Counted from the stretch's first letter, positions 10,670-18,329 are shown. The stretch is DNA of 32,000 nucleotides from Nitrosopumilus maritimus SCM1 (GCF_000018465.1 NC_010085.1:330001-362000); one strand, 5' to 3'. Numbers and translations: made by a program. Notes: generated by a model not told the origin, from the sequence alone.

Positions 10670-11179
10670 ATGTTTGGTAGAAAACCTCAACTCAAAGAAG
10701 GAGTTCATGTATTTTCTGTAAGAGATAATGGTGATTTCAAGGACTTTATCTTTGCAACAGTTACAGGTGTTGAGGGCAGAAAAGTTGGGGTCAGTGGAGT
10801 TCTAGTAAATCCAGTTGGTCTGAAAAACAAAATAGAACAAGGAAAGACTGGAGAACGTTCATTGGAAATTCTAAAGAATCCCACTCCAGACAATGTTGTT
10901 TTGGCTCTAGTGTACAGAGTTGAACATGAAAACTTTGCAGATGTATTGGATCTTGACCAAGACAAATGTGATCTCATTCCACCTAAGGTCTATACTATGC
11001 TAGATGGATGGATTCGTGAATCCCTACCTGAGTTTATCAATACTGTCTTGTCTTTGCCTCCAGGTGCAGAACGTGATGAGGCAAAACGTGTACTCAAAAA
11101 TAGAATGGATACTCTGATTGACAAGAATTTAAAACGAACACTTTATTCTGTTTGTCGAAGCCTCAAAATTCTAAATTAG
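10670..11179 (+). CDS. Hypothetical protein
   Basis: 169-aa ORF in a coding-like frame. I recognise no motif. Confidence 0.55.
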   Translation: MFGRKPQLKEGVHVFSVRDNGDFKDFIFATVTGVEGRKVGVSGVLVNPVGLKNKIEQGKTGERSLEILKNPTPDNVVLALVYRVEHENFADVLDLDQDKCDLIPPKVYTMLDGWIRESLPEFINTVLSLPPGAERDEAKRVLKNRMDTLIDKNLKRTLYSVCRSLKILN

Positions 11180-11196
11180 GCACAAGTTCACAGTAG

Positions 11197-11206
11197 TTTT
11201 ATATTA
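11197..11206 (+). promoter_or_regulatory. TATA-box-like element upstream of the P1 gene
   Basis: TTTTATATTA is centred ~29 nt upstream of ATG 11230, and no Shine-Dalgarno-like purine run lies between. This is consistent with a leaderless or very short-leader archaeal transcript. Confidence 0.4.
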
Positions 11207-11229
11207 TCGAGCATGAAAATCCCGATACA

Positions 11230-11547
11230 ATGGAATATGTTTACGCTGCTTTACTTCTTCACAAGCTAGAGAAAGAAGTTAACGAGGCAAACGTCAGCTC
11301 AGTTGTTAAAGCATCTGGTGCTGAAGTTAATGAAGCCCAAGTTAAAGCACTAGTTGCAGCCTTAGCCGATGTTAACATCGATGAGGCAGTTAAAGCCGCA
11401 CCTGTAGCAGTCGCAGCAGCAGCCGCACCAGCCGCAGATGGCGGAGATGCAGCAGCCGGTGGTGAAGCAAAGAAAGAGGAAAAACCTAAAGAAGAAGGTA
11501 AAACCGAAGAAGCAGCCATGGAAGGATTATCTTCATTATTTGGCTAA
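11230..11547 (+). CDS. rpl12: Ribosomal stalk protein P1 (archaeal L12)
   Basis: 105 aa. N-terminus [11 protein letters not shown], an Ala-rich hinge, a Lys/Glu-rich stretch and the conserved C-terminal tail [13 protein letters not shown]. Confidence 0.9.
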   Translation: MEYVYAALLLHKLEKEVNEANVSSVVKASGAEVNEAQVKALVAALADVNIDEAVKAAPVAVAAAAAPAADGGDAAAGGEAKKEEKPKEEGKTEEAAMEGLSSLFG

Positions 11548-11552
11548 ACGAG

Positions 11553-11591
11553 TTTACTTTTCTCAAAATCTATTTTTGATCTCCATTTTTA
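11553..11591 (+). terminator. Oligo-T termination region after the P1 gene
   Basis: Three T-runs (TTTTCTC, TATTTTT, CATTTTT) lie directly after the stop codon. Archaeal terminators are typically oligo-T tracts. Confidence 0.3.
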
Positions 11592-11629
11592 TCAATTCTT
11601 AATTACCAATATCTCGATGTTTGCATTGA

Positions 11630-12262
11630 ATGGTAGATTATTCTTCTGAACTTGGATCGTTTATCACCATTTTAGATTATTTGGGAACAATTGCTTTTGC
11701 AGTAACTGGAGCTTCAAAAGCAATTGCACATAGAGCTGACATTTTTGGAATAATTGTTTTGGCAACTGTAGTTGGAGTTGCAGGTGGAATAACACGTGAT
11801 GTGACATTTGGAAGATTTCCTAATGCCTTCTCTGATCCAATATACATTGGATTAACTGTAGCAGTTGGAATTGCAATGTTCTTTTTGTATAGAAAACTCC
11901 AAAAACGAATGGGTACTTGGTTAGTCTTTGATGCAGTTGGATTGGGTGTCTTTTCGATTTTGGGAGCTTCAATTGCACATCAAGTAGTTGGTCTGGAATT
12001 TCTTCCAATGTTGTTAGCTGGAGTAATAACTGCAATTGGTGGTGGAATACTACGTGATGTATTTGTCAGAGAGATCCCAATTGTTTTTGTAAAAGAAGTG
12101 TATGCTGTAGCAAGTGTAATTGGTATTGTAGTGTTTTATGCAATACTTTCATCTGATATAGATATTCAAACTGCGTCCGTTGTTGGCATATCTATCACAA
12201 CTGCAATTAGATTACTTGCAATGAAGTATAATTGGAATTTGCCAAAAGTCCAGGAATCTTGA
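11630..12262 (+). CDS. UPF0126/TRIC-like (YadS/YicG family) membrane protein
   Basis: 210 aa with about seven hydrophobic helices. It has two internal repeats, each carrying the glycine motif GGITRDV (res 52-58) / GGGILRDV that is typical of the UPF0126 domain. Confidence 0.75.
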   Translation: MVDYSSELGSFITILDYLGTIAFAVTGASKAIAHRADIFGIIVLATVVGVAGGITRDVTFGRFPNAFSDPIYIGLTVAVGIAMFFLYRKLQKRMGTWLVFDAVGLGVFSILGASIAHQVVGLEFLPMLLAGVITAIGGGILRDVFVREIPIVFVKEVYAVASVIGIVVFYAILSSDIDIQTASVVGISITTAIRLLAMKYNWNLPKVQES

Positions 12263-12390
12263 ATAAAATGTGCCCAAAATAACCTCAATTTTTTAAATTA
12301 TTATTTTAGCAATTTAATTACAGATACAATTCCATTATTTTTCCATCATTTGTTATACACATTTTTAAGTAAATCTCATACTGGAAAATC

Positions 12391-12768
12391 ATGACAATAC
12401 AGGCTCTAGTTGTTGATGATGATCAGAATGTATTGAACACTTTTGTAGATTTGTTAGATATATGTAAAATCAATGTTGTTGGAACTGCTAAAAATGGCAA
12501 AGAAGCAATTGAACAATTCAAAAAATTAACTCCAGATTTAGTATTTTTAGATATTATGATGCCTGAATTTGATGGTCGTTATGCTTTGAGGGAAATCAGA
12601 AATATTGATCAGAATATACCTGTAGTCATGATTTCTGGCGGAGATGATGATGCGATTGACAAATTATTGGAATTCAAACCCTCAGCTGTTCTTCACAAAC
12701 CATTTCGAATGAATACTTTATTGGATATTTTAAAAAATGAATTAAAATTGGAACTAGATTCTAACTAA
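12391..12768 (+). CDS. Stand-alone response regulator receiver domain (CheY-like)
   Basis: 125 aa. Acidic pocket VVDDD, phospho-acceptor Asp in VFLDIMMP, Ser in VVMISG, Lys in LHKPF. No output domain. Confidence 0.85.
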   Translation: MTIQALVVDDDQNVLNTFVDLLDICKINVVGTAKNGKEAIEQFKKLTPDLVFLDIMMPEFDGRYALREIRNIDQNIPVVMISGGDDDAIDKLLEFKPSAVLHKPFRMNTLLDILKNELKLELDSN

Positions 12769-12778
12769 AAAAGAAAAG

Positions 12779-13666
12779 TTATTGGGATTGCACCCATTCG
12801 TAGATGAATTTGACTTGTTCCATCATAATTGCATTTACCTGAATTATTTTTTCTTCCAATTCTTCTATTGTCTCTAGAAGCATCTGATTTTCTTCTTCAA
12901 GTTCTGCAATTCTTTGTTCTAGTCTGAGAATTTGTTCGTTATCTGTAGGATATGATTCTGGATATTCGTACTCTTCAAAATCATATTCTCTGTAGTCGTA
13001 TTCTGGATAGTCGTCATCATAATAGTAATCCTCATCATGTGTTTCATCCTCATATTTCTCAAAGAATATTACAACTCGTTTTGCTTCTTCGTGACTCAAG
13101 TCAGTTTCAGAGACGATTAGTTCTACTAGTTGATCAATTTCACCTGCTTCCCAGAGTCTTTGTATCTTCTCCATGGATACTAATTTCATAATTCTGTCTA
13201 CTAGTGGTTCAATTGATTTCCATTCAGGATCGTTTTCATAAAATTCATCATCTTCTTTTTCATGTTCGTCATAGTATTGTCTTGACTGCTCATCAAGATT
13301 GCGTAATTCATTTTCAAATGACTCATCAAGCTCGCCAAATTGTTTTATCATTTCTGATTCCAAAGCTTTTTCTTTTTCCTCAAATTCTAAAAACAATTCG
13401 TAAAACATTGCATCAATTTCTGAATAACTAAGATCAGAATTACTATCTATTTTTTCATAAATTTCTGCTTTTAATTCTTCATAATGTTTGTCTAACTCGT
13501 CATATTTTTGCTCGAACTCTTTTTCAATCTGATGTCTTTTGTCTTCAAATTCATCTTCTAGTTGTTCGTATTTGTCATCCCACTCATCATATTCTGCCAT
13601 TGCCGGTGTAGTTAATCCTACAATCAAAATGGCAAATAATCCAAGTATTGGAAGTAATTTCTGCAT
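12779..13666 (-). CDS. Exported hyper-acidic, Tyr-rich coiled-coil protein (unknown function)
   Basis: The ORF track starts at 13729. The in-frame ATG at 13666 gives a classic signal peptide, MQKLLPILGLFAILIVGLTTPAMA|EY. The mature part is dominated by Glu/Asp heptad-like helices. One segment, THDEDYYYDDDYPEYDYREYDFEEYEYPESYP, has 10 Tyr and 14 Asp/Glu in 32 residues. A C-terminal leucine-zipper-like helix (ILRLEQRIAELEEENQMLLETIEELEEKI) follows. Confidence 0.6.
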   Translation of the reverse strand: MQKLLPILGLFAILIVGLTTPAMAEYDEWDDKYEQLEDEFEDKRHQIEKEFEQKYDELDKHYEELKAEIYEKIDSNSDLSYSEIDAMFYELFLEFEEKEKALESEMIKQFGELDESFENELRNLDEQSRQYYDEHEKEDDEFYENDPEWKSIEPLVDRIMKLVSMEKIQRLWEAGEIDQLVELIVSETDLSHEEAKRVVIFFEKYEDETHDEDYYYDDDYPEYDYREYDFEEYEYPESYPTDNEQILRLEQRIAELEEENQMLLETIEELEEKIIQVNAIMMEQVKFIYEWVQSQ

Positions 13667-13753
13667 TAGTTTGATGGATAAATTTTTACATTTAAAGGAA
13701 AATATCTTATGTGTAGTAACAGTTATCAATCAAAAACCAAGTTTGTACCTAAA

Positions 13754-13969
13754 TCATATATTGAGTTTGCCTGATTCTAACCCTTTCTTTACAATATCAA
13801 TTAGTTCTTCAACTGTACATGTTCGTAGTGATTCAGGCAAAGATTCTACATCAAATGATTGGAACTTGCCAATTTTTTTTCGTACTAACATTTTGACAAT
13901 TCCTGGAACATCATCTTCAAATTTCTGACTAATGTGCTCTAGAATTTCATTTTCTTCTTTTTTCTTCAT
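13754..13969 (-). CDS. Small hypothetical protein (71 aa)
   Basis: The ATG overlaps the upstream gene's TGA (ATGA at 13966-13969), which implies translational coupling. The protein is soluble and charged, with no motif I recognise. Confidence 0.5.
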   Translation of the reverse strand: MKKKEENEILEHISQKFEDDVPGIVKMLVRKKIGKFQSFDVESLPESLRTCTVEELIDIVKKGLESGKLNI

Positions 13970-14403
13970 CTTTTACCACACCTCATGCATTTGTAATATC
14001 CAATATCTGATGTATGTTCTCCTGGCTCTTCAATTCTTTCTTCTGAGATAAACTCAAAATCTTCTGAACCACATGATTCACATTTTCTTGGATTGTATTC
14101 TAAATCTTCAAATTCCTTTTTTAGTCTCAGATATTCATATTTTGAGATTTTTTCTTCAATGTATTTTTTCTCTAAAATCCTTAATGCCTCATCATTTTGT
14201 GCCCGTTCTTCTTCATTAATTGGATCTACTCTTCTGTAATTTAGAACCGAATCTTTTTGGAATGTTTTTTGTTTTTTTGCATACCAAATTATGCCTATCA
14301 CGAGTCCCAAACCCACTACCAATCCGTATGGAAAAGGCAAAACTGTCTGAAGCAAGAAAAAAGCAATAATTGCCACTACTATGGCAAAGAACATCGCTTT
14401 CAT
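13966..14403 (-). CDS. Membrane protein with SHOCT-like helix and C-terminal 4-Cys zinc ribbon
   Basis: 145 aa. Two N-terminal TM helices, a SHOCT-like segment ALRILEKKYIEEKISKYEYLRLKKEFE, then CESCG...(x30)...CMRCG. The start is 1 nt after the stop of the upstream 10-TM gene. Confidence 0.6.
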   Translation of the reverse strand: MKAMFFAIVVAIIAFFLLQTVLPFPYGLVVGLGLVIGIIWYAKKQKTFQKDSVLNYRRVDPINEEERAQNDEALRILEKKYIEEKISKYEYLRLKKEFEDLEYNPRKCESCGSEDFEFISEERIEEPGEHTSDIGYYKCMRCGKR

Positions 14404-14404
14404 A

Positions 14405-15478
14405 TTACTCTGAGTTGAATCTTAGTATTTTAGGTGCAAGAATCATTCCTACTATTCCTGAAACAATTCCTCCTGGAACACTCATCATCCAATGTTTGAA
14501 AACAACATCCGATGATGTTGGCAAAACATCGTATGGGAATATGTCGTTGTGCAGATAAATTTCTAAAAATGTCATTGAAAGCATTGGAAAACTAAATGCA
14601 AAAAACATTGAACCCAGTATTGCACCTGCAATTTTTCCTGAATGTTTTTGTAATATTTTTGATTTCCATTTTTTGTTAAAAATATAGTCTGCAACAATTG
14701 CACTAATCATTGGTGCTGCAAACCATGGAAGATATGACATGATGTCTTCAGATGTAAATATGTTTGATGATATGTTCATCACGATAAATGTTAGTGCTGC
14801 ACCACTTGTTGCACCAAATCTTTTCTGTGTCTTTGATGATGTCCAAAATATTAGAGAATATGCAAATGGAATTAAGATAAAACTTAGTACAATTGCAACA
14901 TTGGGGTCAGGATTGAAATTATGAGTTTCTCCTTCTGAAATTGGTAACACAAAAAAGAAGATTAACCACATTATGCTAAACCAAAAAATTCCATATGTTA
15001 TTGGTAAGATTATTTTAAAGAAAGAATTTTTTTCTTCCAAGTGGAAATTAATTCGTGAAAATCCAATAACAGAGCCTACCAATGTAGTTAGAATTCCTAA
15101 TGCAAGTGTAATGTGAGTTGGACTAAGCAGTCCATCTAATCCAAATAACTCATGCCAGTAAAAATCTCCTGGCCCTGCGGCAACTTGAATCATTGAACCT
15201 ATTATGATTAGCTTGAGTCCCATTGCAAATGACTCTGTTCTGAGTTCCTTTCTTCTGAGATACACAACAGAACTCATTATTGCACTAATTACACTAATTC
15301 CTACACCAAGATACAAAATTCCGTGTGATGGTGTAAAGAATGTCTCAGGTTCTCTTAGCAAATGTGATGTGATATCCCAACTTGCCCCCCACATTGCTAG
15401 TGTAGTTCCAGATAATGCTACAAGGAATACAATTGCAGGAAATTTCACTTGAGATTTTTGCAAATATTCTGTTGCCAA
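14405..15478 (-). CDS. 10-TM integral membrane protein with duplicated His motifs (unknown family)
   Basis: 357 aa with about ten hydrophobic helices. The positive-inside rule (RRKELR, KTQKR, NKKWKSK loops) places the loops carrying W34-x4-H39...FFTPSH52 and W108-H109...LLSPTH122 on the outside. Confidence 0.7.
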   Translation of the reverse strand: MATEYLQKSQVKFPAIVFLVALSGTTLAMWGASWDITSHLLREPETFFTPSHGILYLGVGISVISAIMSSVVYLRRKELRTESFAMGLKLIIIGSMIQVAAGPGDFYWHELFGLDGLLSPTHITLALGILTTLVGSVIGFSRINFHLEEKNSFFKIILPITYGIFWFSIMWLIFFFVLPISEGETHNFNPDPNVAIVLSFILIPFAYSLIFWTSSKTQKRFGATSGAALTFIVMNISSNIFTSEDIMSYLPWFAAPMISAIVADYIFNKKWKSKILQKHSGKIAGAILGSMFFAFSFPMLSMTFLEIYLHNDIFPYDVLPTSSDVVFKHWMMSVPGGIVSGIVGMILAPKILRFNSE

Positions 15479-15557
15479 CAGTTCAAACCATAGTTATTAT
15501 GTTCATAAATGATTCTACTTTAATTGCTAGTTGCCACTTGAAAGAATTGTTTTTGTT

Positions 15558-16424
15558 TTATGCTGGGGTGTAATCTTTTGCTTGACCTGCAACTGCTCTT
15601 GCTTGAGCATCTGCCTTTTGCAAGATTTGCTCTTTAGTCTCATCAGTCATGTATCCTGATTCAACAGAAACAGAACGTGCTGATTGTGCTGCTTTTGCCA
15701 ATATTTGTTCGATGTTTTCTGGTGTGACATATGCTGCCTCAATAGATAATGAAATTGCTTCTTGGTGTGCTTGTGCAAATTCGTCTCTTACTTTCTCAAC
15801 ATCAATTATCATCTCTTCTTCAGCATACTTGAGTCCGTCTTCAAGTGCTGTGAATAATGTAATTCCTGCTTCTACCGGTTTGATGTCTAATTTACCTAAA
15901 ATTGCTGCAAGTTTCTCATTGATTGCCTCACCTTTGAGTACTGGTGTGGAATCTTTTGCAATCCAGATTGTACCTTGATCAATCTTAGTTGGGATTCCTG
16001 CTTCTTTGAATTCTGTAAGCATTGGTCCTGGAGCGATTCCCGTGTTCTTTGCTGGAACTACAACATCAACACTTGCAATATCTCCACCTCTTGCCATCAT
16101 CATGATTTTGTTCTTTGCCAAGAGTACGTTAAGTTTGAATGGTGACATGTTTGTAAACATGATCATTACTTGTCCTTTGAATTCTCCAATCATGTCTTTC
16201 ATTCCAGGAATGTCTGAATTCTCTAATGCTTTTTGTGCAACTTTGTCTTTAACACTGAAAAACTCTACATCGTCTTTGAGAGTTTTTCTTAAAGGTAGTA
16301 TCTGAGTAGAACGTACCTTGTTCATTTTGATAATTGCCATTACTTTGTATTTTTTTGGTAGCTCTTGTAATTGCTGATACATCTGTGTTTTTCTCTTTGG
16401 ATAAGAGGTTCTATTTTCATGCAA
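15558..16424 (-). CDS. rpl10: Ribosomal stalk protein P0 (archaeal L10)
   Basis: 288 aa with an L10 core (VMAIIKMNKVRSTQILPLRKTL...FSVKDKVAQKAL) and two spine-helix repeats (TPENIEQILAKAAQSA / TKEQILQKADAQARA). The start at 16424 is TTG and overlaps the L1 stop by 8 nt. The first in-frame ATG is 42 nt downstream. There is no acidic or hydrophobic C-terminal tail. Confidence 0.9.
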   Translation of the reverse strand: MHENRTSYPKRKTQMYQQLQELPKKYKVMAIIKMNKVRSTQILPLRKTLKDDVEFFSVKDKVAQKALENSDIPGMKDMIGEFKGQVMIMFTNMSPFKLNVLLAKNKIMMMARGGDIASVDVVVPAKNTGIAPGPMLTEFKEAGIPTKIDQGTIWIAKDSTPVLKGEAINEKLAAILGKLDIKPVEAGITLFTALEDGLKYAEEEMIIDVEKVRDEFAQAHQEAISLSIEAAYVTPENIEQILAKAAQSARSVSVESGYMTDETKEQILQKADAQARAVAGQAKDYTPA

Positions 16425-17088
16425 ACTTCTTCTTAACCTCTTGTAGTTGTTTGATTGGTTTTCCCATTGTGGTTTTGATCATGACTCTTTTCATGTTCTT
16501 CTCACCGTTTGGTAATTTCTTTTCAATTGCACTTAGAACTGCATGTGCATTTATTGCCAAGTCTGCATCTTCCATTGTTTCATCTCCAATCTTGCATGAA
16601 ACAGAAAGTGATGCTCTTGTTCTAACTTTAATTGATGATCTAAATCTAGACAAAAATGATTCAATAGGTGCATTAAATGGAACTGGTGTTGGCATCTTTC
16701 CTCTAGGACCTAATAGCTGACCCAAAGTTTTACCAACTGTTGGCATGATTTGTGTGTCTGCCAAAAAGAAATCATATTTGTTGATGAATTTCCTAGACTC
16801 TCTTTTGTTTGCTCCAAATTTGTCTAGTTCTTCATTTCCGATAACAGAGTCTGCTTTTGCTGCTTTTGCTTTTGTTCCCATGTCTCCTGTTGCAATGACG
16901 CAAACTGTTGCAGGAGAACTGGTCTTTGGAAGTTGAACAACTTCATTGAGTGCAAATCCTTTCTTGACATCAATATCTTTGAAATTGACAATCAACTCTA
17001 TTGACTGCTTGAACTTTTTTGCTTTGGTTGCAGCCTTTGCTTCTTTTACTATGTCAACTAGTTGAGCCTCTGTAATCATTACGAACAA
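16417..17088 (-). CDS. rpl1: 50S ribosomal protein L1
   Basis: 223 aa. The uL1 pattern is recognisable (FKQSIELIVNFKDIDVKK, FFLADTQIMPTVGKTLGQLLGPRGKMPTP). It lies immediately upstream of P0, as in the conserved L1-L10 pair. Confidence 0.95.
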   Translation of the reverse strand: MFVMITEAQLVDIVKEAKAATKAKKFKQSIELIVNFKDIDVKKGFALNEVVQLPKTSSPATVCVIATGDMGTKAKAAKADSVIGNEELDKFGANKRESRKFINKYDFFLADTQIMPTVGKTLGQLLGPRGKMPTPVPFNAPIESFLSRFRSSIKVRTRASLSVSCKIGDETMEDADLAINAHAVLSAIEKKLPNGEKNMKRVMIKTTMGKPIKQLQEVKKKFA

Positions 17089-17177
17089 TTTCGAGAAAGC
17101 CTACTTAAAATCGTTTAGAGGCAGAGACTCTCTTGATGTAGATTATTTTAAAAAATTTCATTTTTTCCCCAAATTAA

Positions 17178-17708
17178 TTGAAAATCAACATCAAATTCCT
17201 CTCAAAACCTACATATATTAAATCACAACGAGAATTTTCGAATATCTTGCATAGATTCGATGAATTAGACATGAAATTGCTTTTTGAGTTAACAAAAGAT
17301 GGTTCGATCTCAGTTCCAGTACTCTCAAAGAAACTAGGAATCAACGCATCTGTACTTTATAGCCGAATCAAGAGACTAGTCAAAAAGAAACTCATAAAGA
17401 AATTCACTGTCGAAATTGATGATTCCTTGTTAGGAATAGGTGTAAAAGCAAATGTTGGAATTAACAGAGATCCAAAGTTTAAAGAGGCAATTCACAAAAA
17501 ATTCATGGAAACACCTGAGGTTGTATCAATTTCGGAAGTCACTGGAAGATTTGATATTATGATCCAAGTATATTCCAAGAATCTTGAATCCCTTCACTCT
17601 GTTGTAATTGAGAAGATTGGAAAAATCGAAGGTGTTCAAAATACAGAGACCTTTGTAGAGTTACAAAAGACTGACAAAGATCCAGTATATCTCAATGAAT
17701 TGACATAA
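17178..17708 (+). CDS. Lrp/AsnC family transcriptional regulator
   Basis: HTH region (DELDMKLLFELTKDGSISVPVLSKKLGINASVLYSRIKRLVKKKLI) plus a C-terminal RAM/AsnC_trans_reg-like domain (VTGRFDIMIQVYSKNLESLHSVV). The start is uncertain: 17178 is TTG, and alternatives are TTG 17247 or ATG 17271. Confidence 0.85.
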   Translation: MKINIKFLSKPTYIKSQREFSNILHRFDELDMKLLFELTKDGSISVPVLSKKLGINASVLYSRIKRLVKKKLIKKFTVEIDDSLLGIGVKANVGINRDPKFKEAIHKKFMETPEVVSISEVTGRFDIMIQVYSKNLESLHSVVIEKIGKIEGVQNTETFVELQKTDKDPVYLNELT

Positions 17709-17747
17709 TACATCATCTATTAATAATCAAACAAATTAGTAATCATA

Positions 17748-17852
17748 ATGTCTGAAGATAAACAAATTTTCTATTGTGAGTTATCAAACAAGAAGAGAAA
17801 AGAACAGTATGGAATTGATACTGCACAAGAAAAATCTGAAAAAACACGATAA
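17748..17852 (+). CDS. Possible micro-ORF (34 aa)
   Basis: ATG 17748 to TAA 17852, translating as MSEDKQIFYCELSNKKRKEQYGIDTAQEKSEKTR. It is not in the ORF track because it is short. It is supported only by position and strand consistency with its neighbours. Confidence 0.25.
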   Translation: MSEDKQIFYCELSNKKRKEQYGIDTAQEKSEKTR

Positions 17853-17898
17853 ATACGAAATTATCAATGCTTAAGTCTGTAATACACATTATAGATTC

Positions 17899-18024
17899 AT
17901 GGGTGAAACCAAACTTTACATTTGTAAAAATTGTGGTTCTGAATTCCCCTCAACTGAAGTTAGACTGTATTGTAAGGTATGTAAATCAAATCTGGATAAA
18001 ACAGGCCAACTCCCAAAACTCTAA
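17899..18024 (+). CDS. Small zinc-ribbon protein (41 aa)
   Basis: ATG 17899 to TAA 18024, translating as MGETKLYICKNCGSEFPSTEVRLYCKVCKSNLDKTGQLPKL. Two CxxC knuckles are spaced 12 residues apart. Confidence 0.45.
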   Translation: MGETKLYICKNCGSEFPSTEVRLYCKVCKSNLDKTGQLPKL

Positions 18025-18057
18025 ATTCATAAGTTGCAAAATTTTGAATCATTTCAA

Positions 18058-18168
18058 ATGGACAAACGTGATGCTGCCTTTTTGATAGGAATTCTTGGAG
18101 GTACCGGAACTGCTGTAGGGATTGTGGTTCTTTTGGCAAACGGTTTTATCAAAAACCCATTTATCTAG
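18058..18168 (+). CDS. Possible single-pass membrane micro-protein (36 aa)
   Basis: ATG 18058 to TAG 18168, translating as MDKRDAAFLIGILGGTGTAVGIVVLLANGFIKNPFI. It has one Gly-rich hydrophobic helix. Confidence 0.35.
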   Translation: MDKRDAAFLIGILGGTGTAVGIVVLLANGFIKNPFI

Positions 18169-18188
18169 ACGCATTTTTTACAAATTTT

Positions 18189-18329
18189 ATGAAAACAGAA
18201 AATGAAGTTGCAGAATATAGAAAGGAAATTGAACAAAGATTGGTTAGTACTGAATCTATGGATGCAATGAAGTACTATCAAGGTGTTCTCAGAGCACTTG
18301 AATGGGTAGTTACAGGTAATGATGTTTAG
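18189..18329 (+). CDS. Possible small helical protein (46 aa)
   Basis: ATG 18189 to TAG 18329, translating as MKTENEVAEYRKEIEQRLVSTESMDAMKYYQGVLRALEWVVTGNDV. Confidence 0.35.
   Translation: MKTENEVAEYRKEIEQRLVSTESMDAMKYYQGVLRALEWVVTGNDV

Noticed and set aside
11259-11519. 86-aa Ala/Ser-rich ORF antisense to the P1 gene.
   Set aside because: It is a mirror-frame artefact of the GC-rich Ala hinge codons of P1. The plus-strand product has unmistakable P1 N- and C-terminal signatures.
12952-13928. Plus-strand ORFs 12952-13191, 13204-13431 and 13539-13928 overlapping the acidic-protein gene and the 71-aa gene.
   Set aside because: These are antisense read-through of GAA/GAT-rich codons, which gives stop-poor frames. 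The products are low-complexity Ser/Leu/His strings without start context.
17899-18024. Idea that the 41-aa zinc-ribbon ORF is RNA polymerase subunit P (Rpo12).
   Set aside because: The size and first knuckle (YICKNCG) fit. The second knuckle (CKVCKS) and the C-terminal sequence do not match the C-P-x-C-G-x-R-I-L pattern I recall. It is kept as a generic Zn-ribbon protein.
17867-18085. 72-aa ORF from the supplied track (MLKSVIHIIDSWVKPNF...).
   Set aside because: It overlaps, out of frame, the 41-aa Zn-ribbon ORF and the start of the 36-aa TM ORF. Both have more protein-like sequence, whereas this product looks like random AT-rich translation.
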